Source of the DNA: an uncultured Bdellovibrio sp.
GTDB taxonomy: Bacteria; Bdellovibrionota; Bdellovibrionia; Bdellovibrionales; Bdellovibrionaceae
DNA length: 64,000 nucleotides
Assembly (NCBI GenBank): GCA_963932905.1
Contig: CAWVRN010000017.1
Location: 1-64,000, forward strand
Direction of reading: 5' to 3'
Both the position numbers and the translations under genes were made by a program. Positions 9,474-18,405 of the stretch are shown in pieces. Each line of letters opens with the position of its first letter. Position 1 is the stretch's first letter. The notes under the pieces are model-generated. The model saw nothing but the letters and a program-made list of their open reading frames with translations. It had not been told where the DNA came from and made no database searches.

Positions 9474-10238
9474 ATGGATTTGAAAGACAAAACTATTATT
9501 ATTTTTGGCGCCTCGAGCGGAATAGGTGAGGCTTTAGCGGTTGAACTCTCAAAACACAATCGAGTGTGTACGTTCAGCCGTCGTCCATTTCCTAAGCCCA
9601 ATGACAATATTCTGCCTTTTCAAGGTGATGTTACGAAGAAACAAGATATTAAGAATGCAGTGGATATGTGTAAAAGCAAATGGGCTGTGCTAGATGGATT
9701 TATTTACAGTGTTGGCCAGGCCCAAATCACAGACTTTAATAATTTCAAAGCCGATGATGTTAAAGCCTTAATGGACACAAATTTTTTTGGATTTCTAAAT
9801 AGTTTAGAGTGTGTACTGCCAGATTTAATTCAGCAGAAGAGCGGCGTTATTGCTGTGGTTTCTGCGTTGATGTTGAATCGAAGTCTTCCTAATGGCGCTT
9901 CTTACTTTGGAACAAAAGCAGCAATGCATGTTTTTTTTGAAGGCCTGCGTATGGATTTACAGAATAGAGGAATCGAATTTTTTGAAATTCGGCCTGGTTT
10001 AGTGGACACACCAATGTCACGCAGTATGGATGTCAAGTCAGACAAAATGTGGAGCAGCGAAAGAGCCGCGCAGTATATTGTAAAACAAATGAAAAAGAAC
10101 GAAACCGATATCTCATTTCCTTTGGATTTAAAAATTTTAACTCAGTCATTGAATGTATTACCAGATTCTACTTATTTTAAATTGATCAAATCCCAAATGG
10201 ATAAAAATTTTAGAAACCGACCTAAATTAGAATCCTAA
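9474..10238 (+). CDS. Classical SDR oxidoreductase
   Basis: GASSGIG, YxxxK (YFGTK), PGLVDT. Confidence 0.9.
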   Translation: MDLKDKTIIIFGASSGIGEALAVELSKHNRVCTFSRRPFPKPNDNILPFQGDVTKKQDIKNAVDMCKSKWAVLDGFIYSVGQAQITDFNNFKADDVKALMDTNFFGFLNSLECVLPDLIQQKSGVIAVVSALMLNRSLPNGASYFGTKAAMHVFFEGLRMDLQNRGIEFFEIRPGLVDTPMSRSMDVKSDKMWSSERAAQYIVKQMKKNETDISFPLDLKILTQSLNVLPDSTYFKLIKSQMDKNFRNRPKLES

Positions 10239-11270
10239 GTCTTTTCCTAATTTAAGAAATGTATTTAAATACCCGACTTGATCATCGGCACGATGGCGAT
10301 AAAGGTTTCTCGCAATAGAAGCATCGTAGGAAATCATTTTTCCCTTATTGTTTTTAAGTCGTAATTCGCTCGTCGCTGTAACATCACCAATAAAAACCAA
10401 GTTTTGAAATTCTTTGGTGTACTGATTTTCAAAATCTAAGCTGAGTTGAGCTGGAACACAAAATATTAATTCGTAATCGCCAAATTCGCCCGCCAGCAAT
10501 GACCACGGCGTGATTTGATATTTTGATTTGGCATCAGAAGCCAACGGGTGAAGCAAATTTTCTAAAGGTAACGAGCATTCTATGCCTTTGCCATTTACGC
10601 GAACCAAAAGATCTAGCGAGTTTAAAAAACCGTCGCTAGAATCAATCATGCAATTGGCAAATCGATTTATAATTTGGGATTCTTTTAGGCGCGCCTCGGC
10701 CAAATAGTCTTTCTCGTTAGCAAGGGACTTGGATTTATTAAACCAGCGTTCAGCCACTAAAGCATTTCCTTTGCCTGGTTTTCCCGTCGAATAGATCTTG
10801 TCACCTGCGTTCATACCTATTCTTGAAAGGGGTTTGGCCGTTGAATGTCCAAGGACTGTCAGATGAATACTAAAACTTTGGCCAGAGGCTGTGTCGCCGC
10901 CAAATAAAAAAAGTCCATGCTTTTGCGCAACATCATTAACGCCAGCTAATACATTTTGAATGAATTCGTTGTCTTGGTTGCGTCCGATGATCAGGCCTTG
11001 CAAAAACCCTTTGGGCCAGACCCCAACAGCGGCAAGGTCACTCAGAGCTGTTTCCAGCGCATGTTGACCAAGCTGGCGGGCATTTGAAATCAAATTCCAC
11101 GATTGTTCGTCGCCGACGATGTCTAAACTAAATGCAAGAAAACTCGTTTCCGAAAGTTGTAAAATTTCAGCGTCACTATGAAAAAATGCATGCGTTTGTT
11201 TTGGACTTCGCGGAAGGGATTGAATCAGTTTTTGCAGACTTGAGAACTCATCTAATTGTGTAAGTTTCAT
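10227..11270 (-). CDS. ThiL-like (PurM/AIR synthase superfamily) ATP-dependent kinase, paralog 1
   Basis: LSDLAAVG, GGDT, GDKIYSTG, IDSSDG, GDYEL. The canonical GDD reads HSD, so the substrate is uncertain. Confidence 0.8.
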   Translation of the reverse strand: MKLTQLDEFSSLQKLIQSLPRSPKQTHAFFHSDAEILQLSETSFLAFSLDIVGDEQSWNLISNARQLGQHALETALSDLAAVGVWPKGFLQGLIIGRNQDNEFIQNVLAGVNDVAQKHGLFLFGGDTASGQSFSIHLTVLGHSTAKPLSRIGMNAGDKIYSTGKPGKGNALVAERWFNKSKSLANEKDYLAEARLKESQIINRFANCMIDSSDGFLNSLDLLVRVNGKGIECSLPLENLLHPLASDAKSKYQITPWSLLAGEFGDYELIFCVPAQLSLDFENQYTKEFQNLVFIGDVTATSELRLKNNKGKMISYDASIARNLYRHRADDQVGYLNTFLKLGKDLGF

Positions 11271-11272
11271 CG

Positions 11273-12190
11273 CTAGTCCGTTCCTAGCGCTGTCATCAGT
11301 TTTAGTTTTTTAGCCACGCATTCTATCTGAAACTCTTTCCCAAAATAAATTTCGCCATCTAACTCCAGCGGAATAGCCTGTTCTGTTCTAATTGATATTG
11401 ATTTATCTTTGAATTCGACGTGAGTCGGTGAATTGAATTCATTCTTTAGTGTTAAATTGTAAAACACTTTCAGCGTATGCATGGGGCCAAGGTCATCGAA
11501 CAAATGAAAATCAAGAAGTCCACTTTGCAATGAATTACCGCGCTCAAAAAAATAGTCGCCGGTATAGTGTTTAGCTTTTAAAAATTGAATATTTAAATAT
11601 TTTTTATCAGCTAGGCCTGCGACGGAAATTCTGACCGGTGTGTATTTGAATAAGCTTTTTATGAATATGTAATTATTGGCAGCTTCGGTAGATAAGCGTT
11701 TTAGCAACTGAGTCATGCCACCTTTTTTATTAAAGAGCAAATTTCCCAATGCTAGAAAACCAAGTGAACCGTTGGCAGAAAAATATTTGGTATGCTGGGT
11801 TCCGTCTTCTGTTTTAAAAAAGACTTTGCCCACATCAACACTGGATTCATTGTTTTCATCTGCAATGTAGGGAACGTTGTTTTCTTTTTTAGCTGATGAA
11901 ATCGATTTCAAAAAACTGCACGAACTACCAAGTCCAACCACTCCAAGTCGCACACGTTCGAAATCTATATCGTTTTGAAAAACTGAGTTCAATGTGTGAT
12001 GAATAGTGCCATCACCACCACCGATAATTAAAGAATTATGAGTTTGAATATACGCACGCATTTTGGGAGTCAATTCATCAGGCGGCAGAACTACAGGTTC
12101 AAGGTGCGAAAGGGCCGAACGGACCTTGTTCCATTTGGACATCGAATTCTGGCCGAAAGAGTCTTGATTGATAAATATTTTAGACGTCAT
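11273..12190 (-). CDS. Diacylglycerol/sphingosine kinase family lipid kinase
   Basis: GGGDGTIH, GLGSSCSF, ELDGE. Confidence 0.85.
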   Translation of the reverse strand: MTSKIFINQDSFGQNSMSKWNKVRSALSHLEPVVLPPDELTPKMRAYIQTHNSLIIGGGDGTIHHTLNSVFQNDIDFERVRLGVVGLGSSCSFLKSISSAKKENNVPYIADENNESSVDVGKVFFKTEDGTQHTKYFSANGSLGFLALGNLLFNKKGGMTQLLKRLSTEAANNYIFIKSLFKYTPVRISVAGLADKKYLNIQFLKAKHYTGDYFFERGNSLQSGLLDFHLFDDLGPMHTLKVFYNLTLKNEFNSPTHVEFKDKSISIRTEQAIPLELDGEIYFGKEFQIECVAKKLKLMTALGTD

Positions 12191-12776
12191 CGGAAAACAG
12201 TCGGGCCTTCACAAGTATTTGCTCAAAAACTTTGGTCGCTTCTAAATCGCCATTAATTTGAACTACATTTTCCAATTGAGAGACATAGTGTTCTAAATTC
12301 TCTTTGTAGACATCTAATTTATCCCAGAATAATTTTTCGTAGGAAGATAAATTAGTTTTCCGCTGTTTTACGGTGTCCGTTGAGCATTTTAAATATATGG
12401 TTTTATCGGGATATTTAAAATGTGTTTCCATTGCAAACCACAAAGACAGTGGACTACCCAGAGTCTGTTCACTGGCTGCGTATTTGGGAAGCCCAGCATT
12501 GAATATAACCAGGTCATACGCAGAGAAATCAATGCGTTTTTCACTTTCCATCAGCATGGACTGTAAAAACAAAGATCGCGCCTGAGGTGTCGTTTTGGTA
12601 AGGAAAATATCCAATGTGTTTTTCATTTCCATTTGTGGAATAGATGAAAATAATTTCAAGCTATCCCAAATTGAATAGGCCAATACGGTTTTATTTTTAG
12701 ATTTACCGTAATTTATAATATTCTGAATTTGAGTGTCCTTACCCGATCCGTCTAGACCTGTAATTACCCACTTCAT
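12180..12776 (-). CDS. Thymidylate-kinase-like P-loop kinase (divergent)
   Basis: ITGLDGSGKDTQ, PDKTIYL, INGD. The canonical DR motif is absent. Confidence 0.7.
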   Translation of the reverse strand: MKWVITGLDGSGKDTQIQNIINYGKSKNKTVLAYSIWDSLKLFSSIPQMEMKNTLDIFLTKTTPQARSLFLQSMLMESEKRIDFSAYDLVIFNAGLPKYAASEQTLGSPLSLWFAMETHFKYPDKTIYLKCSTDTVKQRKTNLSSYEKLFWDKLDVYKENLEHYVSQLENVVQINGDLEATKVFEQILVKARLFSDDV

Positions 12777-14053
12777 TATGCATATCTCTCGTAAGTCGAT
12801 TTCAAAATGTCTACCGCATCTTGAATATCCTTAGGTGTATGAGTTGCCATTAGTGACACTCGAAAACGTTCGCCGCCCTTAGGAACACCCGGAGGTTCAA
12901 TAGGATTTACGAAAAGCCCATTTTCATGAAGCTTTTGCGATAATATACGAAAACTTTCTGGCGTTGGTGGGAAAACGGGAATGATCGCGCTGCCGGTGCG
13001 TGTGTACTTAATGCCGGCTTTATCTAAGTAGTCGTAAAATAGTTTAATATTCGTATGCAATTTATCTACACGTTCTGTAGAACGTTCTAAAATATCAAGG
13101 CAAGCTAAAATAACGGCCATAGATACGGGAGACAAAGACGCGGTGAAAAAATAAGGACGTGAGAAGAATCTTAAAAAGTTCACAGTGTTTTTGTCAGCAG
13201 CAAAGAAACCACCGGTGATTGAGAAGGCTTTTGAGAAAGTTCCCATGGCGTATTGCAAACGCTGAGTGATCCCCACTTCTTCAGCCATTCCGCGACCTTT
13301 ACCCATAACACCAGTGCCATGAGCGTCATCGATCACATATTTAGCGTTGTACTTTTCGCAGACATCAGAGATTTCTTTGACTGGCGCTAATTCGCCGTTC
13401 ATTGAATAGACCCCTTGAGTCGTCACCCAAAGGTCACGATTAGCATCTTTATCACGATATTTTTTTAGCATTTTTTCTAAATCATCGGGATCGTTGTGAT
13501 TGAAACGAAATGCTGTTTTGCGGCCGAGTTTGATTCCATCGACAACCGATGCGTGTGAAATTTCGTCAAAAAACAATACCGCGTTGTCAGATACTAGCGT
13601 TGTAACCCATGTTAAACTTGTCATGTAACCAGATGGTAGAATAATACAGTCTTCTTTGCCTTTGAAGTGGGCAAGACGTTCTTCCACGGTTCTGTGCAGT
13701 TTTGAAGTGCCATTGAGTAACATCGGGCCGCCCATGCCTAGGCCTTGGGTATCGATAGCTTGTTTAGCACGTTCTTTCACTTCGGGATCGTTGGCAAAAC
13801 CAAGATAGTTGTTCGAACCCATCATGATCATATCGATCGTCTTTCCAGAAATAGGATCTTTAACTAATACACGACGATCCACCGGTGATAAAATTTCGCG
13901 ATGATATAAAAGTTTGCCTTCATTGTAGAGTGGGCGGAAATAACTTTCGAAAAAATTAACATCCGCGTCGATCTGCCCTTTAAACTGGCTGGCTAAAGTT
14001 AATAAGTTAACCGCATCTGACGTATTGTCGTTCCAAGTTCCTGATTTATCCAT
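12776..14053 (-). CDS. PLP-dependent alpha-oxoamine synthase, serine palmitoyltransferase-like
   Basis: MMGSNNYLG, SHAS, GVYSMNG, DDAHG, GTFSKA (PLP lysine), FTASL. Family is certain; SPT versus BioF/KBL is inferred from context. Confidence 0.8.
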   Translation of the reverse strand: MDKSGTWNDNTSDAVNLLTLASQFKGQIDADVNFFESYFRPLYNEGKLLYHREILSPVDRRVLVKDPISGKTIDMIMMGSNNYLGFANDPEVKERAKQAIDTQGLGMGGPMLLNGTSKLHRTVEERLAHFKGKEDCIILPSGYMTSLTWVTTLVSDNAVLFFDEISHASVVDGIKLGRKTAFRFNHNDPDDLEKMLKKYRDKDANRDLWVTTQGVYSMNGELAPVKEISDVCEKYNAKYVIDDAHGTGVMGKGRGMAEEVGITQRLQYAMGTFSKAFSITGGFFAADKNTVNFLRFFSRPYFFTASLSPVSMAVILACLDILERSTERVDKLHTNIKLFYDYLDKAGIKYTRTGSAIIPVFPPTPESFRILSQKLHENGLFVNPIEPPGVPKGGERFRVSLMATHTPKDIQDAVDILKSTYERYA

Positions 14054-14104
14054 CTTTAAAGGGTAAAATTTTTATCTAGGATTGCCTAGTTTTTTTCAAA
14101 CAAA

Positions 14105-15118
14105 TTACCGCGTTAAGTTAGGGCGGGTCCACGAATTCTGCTGATACCAACGATAGGTCAAAGATATGGTTTCATTTAAATTGTGCTTGTACGAAAAACC
14201 CGTGTCCGCGATGAAATGAGAGGTGTCAAATACCCAGTACGGCGCCATCATTTCACCTAGCTTGTTTACATTTTTGTTAGTCTTTTTCCCAGTTAAAGCC
14301 TCTTTGAGGTCAAAGTATTTCAAATACAAAAATGTAATAGTAGGATTCAAGAAAAGTATTTTTAGCGAGCGACCTAGAAACAGTTCGATCGCTGTTTTCA
14401 TTTGATTCCAATCAGCTGCGTTAGGGTACGCGATATGATAGATTTTATTCTTTTGTTCAGAAAATAATGCGGTTTCAATGGCTCGTACCAGATCTTGGAT
14501 ATAAATAAACTGAAATACTTTTTTCTTTTGCCCTAAGATAGGAAACTTACCTGTATCGGCTGTTTGAAAAATCTCAAGAAATGTTTTGTCTTCGGGGCCC
14601 AGGATAGGGGCGGGTCGGAACACAAGTGATGGTAAAGACGAATTTAAAACTTCTTTTTCTGCCATCAGTTTAGTTTCACCGTAAAAAGAAATCGGCTTTG
14701 CAATCGCGGACGGTGGAAGTTTGTTCTCTGCTGAATCGCTAGGACCCAAGGCACTTTGCGACGAAAGAAAAATTAATTTCTTTAAACCTTTTGGTAATTG
14801 AACAAGTAGCTGTTGAGTGATTTTGAAATTTGACAAAAGGTAGTTATCATATTTTGCCCCGAGCATGGTTCCTGCACAATGAACGGCGTATTCGACGGCG
14901 GGTAACGGTTCAAGTAATTGACCCAGATCAGAAAATTCACCAGCTAATATTTTAAGATTCGTGGAATCTTGATTGCCCCATTTTTGTTTAAAGAATTCAA
15001 CTTGTCCCGGCAGCATAAATGCATACACAGTAAATTTTTTGCTTAAAGAACGGCATAGGTGGGTTCCTACAAAACCATCAGCGCCGGTTACTAAAATAGT
15101 TGTTTCTCTTGCGTTCAT
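14105..15118 (-). CDS. NAD-dependent epimerase/dehydratase (extended SDR)
   Basis: TGADGFVG, HCAG, SSQSA, YGETK. Confidence 0.88.
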   Translation of the reverse strand: MNARETTILVTGADGFVGTHLCRSLSKKFTVYAFMLPGQVEFFKQKWGNQDSTNLKILAGEFSDLGQLLEPLPAVEYAVHCAGTMLGAKYDNYLLSNFKITQQLLVQLPKGLKKLIFLSSQSALGPSDSAENKLPPSAIAKPISFYGETKLMAEKEVLNSSLPSLVFRPAPILGPEDKTFLEIFQTADTGKFPILGQKKKVFQFIYIQDLVRAIETALFSEQKNKIYHIAYPNAADWNQMKTAIELFLGRSLKILFLNPTITFLYLKYFDLKEALTGKKTNKNVNKLGEMMAPYWVFDTSHFIADTGFSYKHNLNETISLTYRWYQQNSWTRPNLTR

Positions 15119-15141
15119 TCTGATTTATCGTTTCACATTAT

Positions 15142-15834
15142 ATGACGTCCTTCAATGATAATTACGATTACATTCTGTTAGACCTTGATGGCACACTTGT
15201 CGACTCTCCGAAAAAAAAGTTTTTGCTTTACAATACGCTTGGGCTGTTCAAAAGATTTCGTAAGGTTTTCGGTTTATTGAAAACCGTCCCGGTTGTTAGC
15301 CGGGCGATTGCGGCCATGTTAAAAAATAGTAGTTCGACGGGGCTAACCAATTATTCAGTATTGGTGGCTACCTGCCATAGGGAGTCCAGCACGCCCGAAG
15401 AAATCATTCGTCATGAATTGGATCTATACTATCACAATGACTTTCTAGCCTGGGAAAAATTGTTTACTGCCGTACCAAATGCACTTGAGTTTGTGAAACA
15501 AGCAAAGGTTCGAGGAAAGAAAATGTATATTTGGACGAATCCTATTTGGCCCGAATTCAATGTGAAAAAACGCTTAGAGTGGGCAGGCTTTGATACAAAT
15601 GATTTTGAGGGTTTCACGCACTCACAAAATGCTATTGGATGCAAACCTAACGTTGAATATTATGCCTATTCTTTAAAATTGTTTAATTTAGATCCCAGTC
15701 GCTGCGTGCTGATTGGAGATAGCGAATACAAGGATGGGCCGGCTCGAAAAGTAGGAATCCATACGTTTATTCTTTCATCTGACAAAGCACAGTCTTGGAC
15801 TGACTTAACGGAAAAACTTGTCTTAGGGAACTAA
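15142..15834 (+). CDS. HAD-superfamily hydrolase (phosphatase)
   Basis: DLDGTL, WTNP, CKP, IGDSEYKD motifs I-IV. Confidence 0.9.
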   Translation: MTSFNDNYDYILLDLDGTLVDSPKKKFLLYNTLGLFKRFRKVFGLLKTVPVVSRAIAAMLKNSSSTGLTNYSVLVATCHRESSTPEEIIRHELDLYYHNDFLAWEKLFTAVPNALEFVKQAKVRGKKMYIWTNPIWPEFNVKKRLEWAGFDTNDFEGFTHSQNAIGCKPNVEYYAYSLKLFNLDPSRCVLIGDSEYKDGPARKVGIHTFILSSDKAQSWTDLTEKLVLGN

Positions 15835-16869
15835 TTGGCTAGGCAGTGAAGCAGACCACTGTTGCTGAGACTGCAAATAAAACGCGGGATCTTTGATATC
15901 GGCTAGCAAGTTTCGGACGGGGGATAAATCCACCGATTGTCCGTTGATATGCAAATTTGGTAGCGACGAATCCATCTGGCCAATATTTAGAAATCCGAAA
16001 TTATTTTTTCTCATTTCAGTTTCAAAATCTTTTTGTTGAGCCCGCGGGACAGTGAATAGCAATTCGAATTCGCCCAAATGAATACTGGCAAATAGTATCA
16101 GTGGAACGTTTAACTGATTAGCAATTTGCACGGCGAGTGGATGAAAATGGGACGACGTTAGTTTTAAATTTACCTTTGACTGATTGATAGAGCACAAGAA
16201 ATCAAGTGCGGCTAACAATGCATCGCTAGTATCAATGCAAGCCGACGCATAGCGAGCGATGATTTGTGCTTCGTTAATTCGTGCCTTAGGTTGAAAACTA
16301 CGCTCGATTTTCGCTGCCATTTCTGCTGATTTTGATTTTATGACAAAGTTCGCAAAACCCGTGGCAACGCCCATGCCCACGGGGCCAGTTAAATAAACTA
16401 GGTCGCCATCATTCGTGCCTTTGCGTGAAAGTTGAATCGATTTATCACGTTGTCCAATCGCTGTGCAGGAAACCAGAAAGTTAGTAGAATCATTTGTGTC
16501 ACCGCCCAATAAATATGTTTGGTGTGCCTTAAGTGAATCTTGTGTCCCTTGCCAAAATTTTTTAGCAAAGTCTTCGCTGGTGAATTCCGGCTGACTTAGG
16601 CCAATCAATACGCCCAGAGGTTGGGCGGCAACGGCCGCTAAGTCGGACAAACTAGATACTGTGTTGATCCATCCGATGATATAGGGATCTGAGATAAGTT
16701 TCCATTCCAGTTCTTCACACAGAATGTCACTTGTGATGGCAATATCGTGTTCTAATCCGAGATCTAAAATTTCACTGTCTGTTTCGTAAATTTTATTTTT
16801 CTGATAAGGTGCACGCTTGAATAACGAAACCAGCTGGGTAATTCTTTCGATCTCGGTAATATTATTCAC
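15823..16869 (-). CDS. ThiL-like (PurM/AIR synthase superfamily) kinase, paralog 2
   Basis: TSDIL, LSDLAAV, GGDT, GDLVYLTG, IDTSDA, GEFEL. Overlaps the upstream gene by 4 nt. Confidence 0.8.
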   Translation of the reverse strand: MNNITEIERITQLVSLFKRAPYQKNKIYETDSEILDLGLEHDIAITSDILCEELEWKLISDPYIIGWINTVSSLSDLAAVAAQPLGVLIGLSQPEFTSEDFAKKFWQGTQDSLKAHQTYLLGGDTNDSTNFLVSCTAIGQRDKSIQLSRKGTNDGDLVYLTGPVGMGVATGFANFVIKSKSAEMAAKIERSFQPKARINEAQIIARYASACIDTSDALLAALDFLCSINQSKVNLKLTSSHFHPLAVQIANQLNVPLILFASIHLGEFELLFTVPRAQQKDFETEMRKNNFGFLNIGQMDSSLPNLHINGQSVDLSPVRNLLADIKDPAFYLQSQQQWSASLPSQLVP

Positions 16870-18398
16870 GACAGTCTCTTGATTTTGCCTTTATTGGCGT
16901 CGACTTCGATCAAATCACCATTTTTAATTGTTTTCAAGCCGTTGATCTGAAGCACGCAAGGTATTTGTAGTTCGCGCGCAATAATAGCTCCGTGACTCAA
17001 TAGTCCGCCAGATTCTGATAAGATAGCTTTACCTTTAACAAAGGCGGCGTGAAAATTTGGTGATGGTGTTTGGCATAACACAACACAATTATCAGGACAG
17101 TTTAATAGTGAATTATAGTCGGTGACCCAGAACGCTGGCCCTTGTGCTTTACCTGAACTTGCTACAGTTCCAATCCATTCTGAACGCAATTCACCTGATA
17201 CCAACACGGAATCATCTTTTGTTGTGTAAAAAAGAGTCTCACGATGATCTAAGTTATCTTCGGCAACATTTTCGTCGGCCCGAGGTTTGACGTACGATTT
17301 TCTAGTGAGAATAATATTTTGAATTTCTTGTTTGCTTGGTATTTTTTCTGCGATCAAGTCAGTTTGAAAGCGAACAATTTCGTCCAACGTCAGATAGAAT
17401 AAATCTTCTTTGTTTGTCAGCAATCCGTTTTGAATCCATTCGTCTGCTATCTTATGCAATAAATTGCGAACATTTGGAAACTGATACGAAGCATAGAAGC
17501 GATGCTGTTCGTCGCAAGACACTAATTGAACAAACTGAAAAGCCATTGGGTTAGAATCATTTAAAGGTGCAGACGCGTTGTCTGTGGTAGGCAATTCACG
17601 CTGGTGACTGTTTATCATAGCGCTAATGAGTTTGGGTTGTTCCGAAAATGTAGGCTGGGCGATATCCCAGCTTAAAGACAAATGACCGATACCTTTCATC
17701 ACAAAAGAATTCACAGCATCGGGATCGGATAATACGGCAACTTCTTGTATAAGGTGGCTGATATGCTTACCAATTTGAAATGGACTATGAGATGTCAGGT
17801 TTTGTATCGATATGGGTTCGGACTGCCAGGTGGCTATTTTTTCCAAAAAAACCTTCAGAAGGTTTTTGTAAAAATAAATCGAAAAATCCAGGCGATTGTA
17901 CGCACAGCCATCCGCCTCGATTTTATCCAACAAGGATTTAAAGTTAGGATCTGTTGGCGTCCATGTCAGTGCCGCAATTGTATTTTCTTTGAAGTGTTTT
18001 AAATGCGAAGGCAGTTCTTTTTTCCAATCTTGGATGACGATTTGAATCTTAGGTTGGATTTCTTTTCTGTAAACACGTTTCAACCACCGTGTTTTGAATT
18101 TCTCTTTACGACGAAAATCTACGCAAGTAACAAGAGCGTATAGAAAAAGGCGAGCAAGCAGAGCTGACAATGGTAACAAAGCAAAATAGTAAACGGGCAG
18201 ACGCCTGAAGAAATCTTTGCTAGAATAGAGGTAGCCATCAATCCAGCGCGTAATTTCGTCATTTCGAAGTCGTCGCAAATAAAATTCAGATTTAATCGCC
18301 TCAAGGTTGGTGGTCAATGCCGATTGCAGGACACTCCAGCCCAGCGGTGAAATTGCATCAGGAAAACGTTCTTTAGATTCGTCACGGGTCCAGATCAC
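16866..18398 (-). CDS. PEP-utilising enzyme mobile (phospho-His swivel) domain protein, RPH/PPS-like, no ATP-grasp domain
   Basis: Begins directly with WTRDESKERFPDAISPLGWS. C-terminal GTVASSGKAQG...ESGGLLSHGAIIARELQIPCV...VDANKG. Confidence 0.82.
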   Translation of the reverse strand: MIWTRDESKERFPDAISPLGWSVLQSALTTNLEAIKSEFYLRRLRNDEITRWIDGYLYSSKDFFRRLPVYYFALLPLSALLARLFLYALVTCVDFRRKEKFKTRWLKRVYRKEIQPKIQIVIQDWKKELPSHLKHFKENTIAALTWTPTDPNFKSLLDKIEADGCAYNRLDFSIYFYKNLLKVFLEKIATWQSEPISIQNLTSHSPFQIGKHISHLIQEVAVLSDPDAVNSFVMKGIGHLSLSWDIAQPTFSEQPKLISAMINSHQRELPTTDNASAPLNDSNPMAFQFVQLVSCDEQHRFYASYQFPNVRNLLHKIADEWIQNGLLTNKEDLFYLTLDEIVRFQTDLIAEKIPSKQEIQNIILTRKSYVKPRADENVAEDNLDHRETLFYTTKDDSVLVSGELRSEWIGTVASSGKAQGPAFWVTDYNSLLNCPDNCVVLCQTPSPNFHAAFVKGKAILSESGGLLSHGAIIARELQIPCVLQINGLKTIKNGDLIEVDANKGKIKRLS

Positions 18399-18405
18399 AT
18401 TATCC

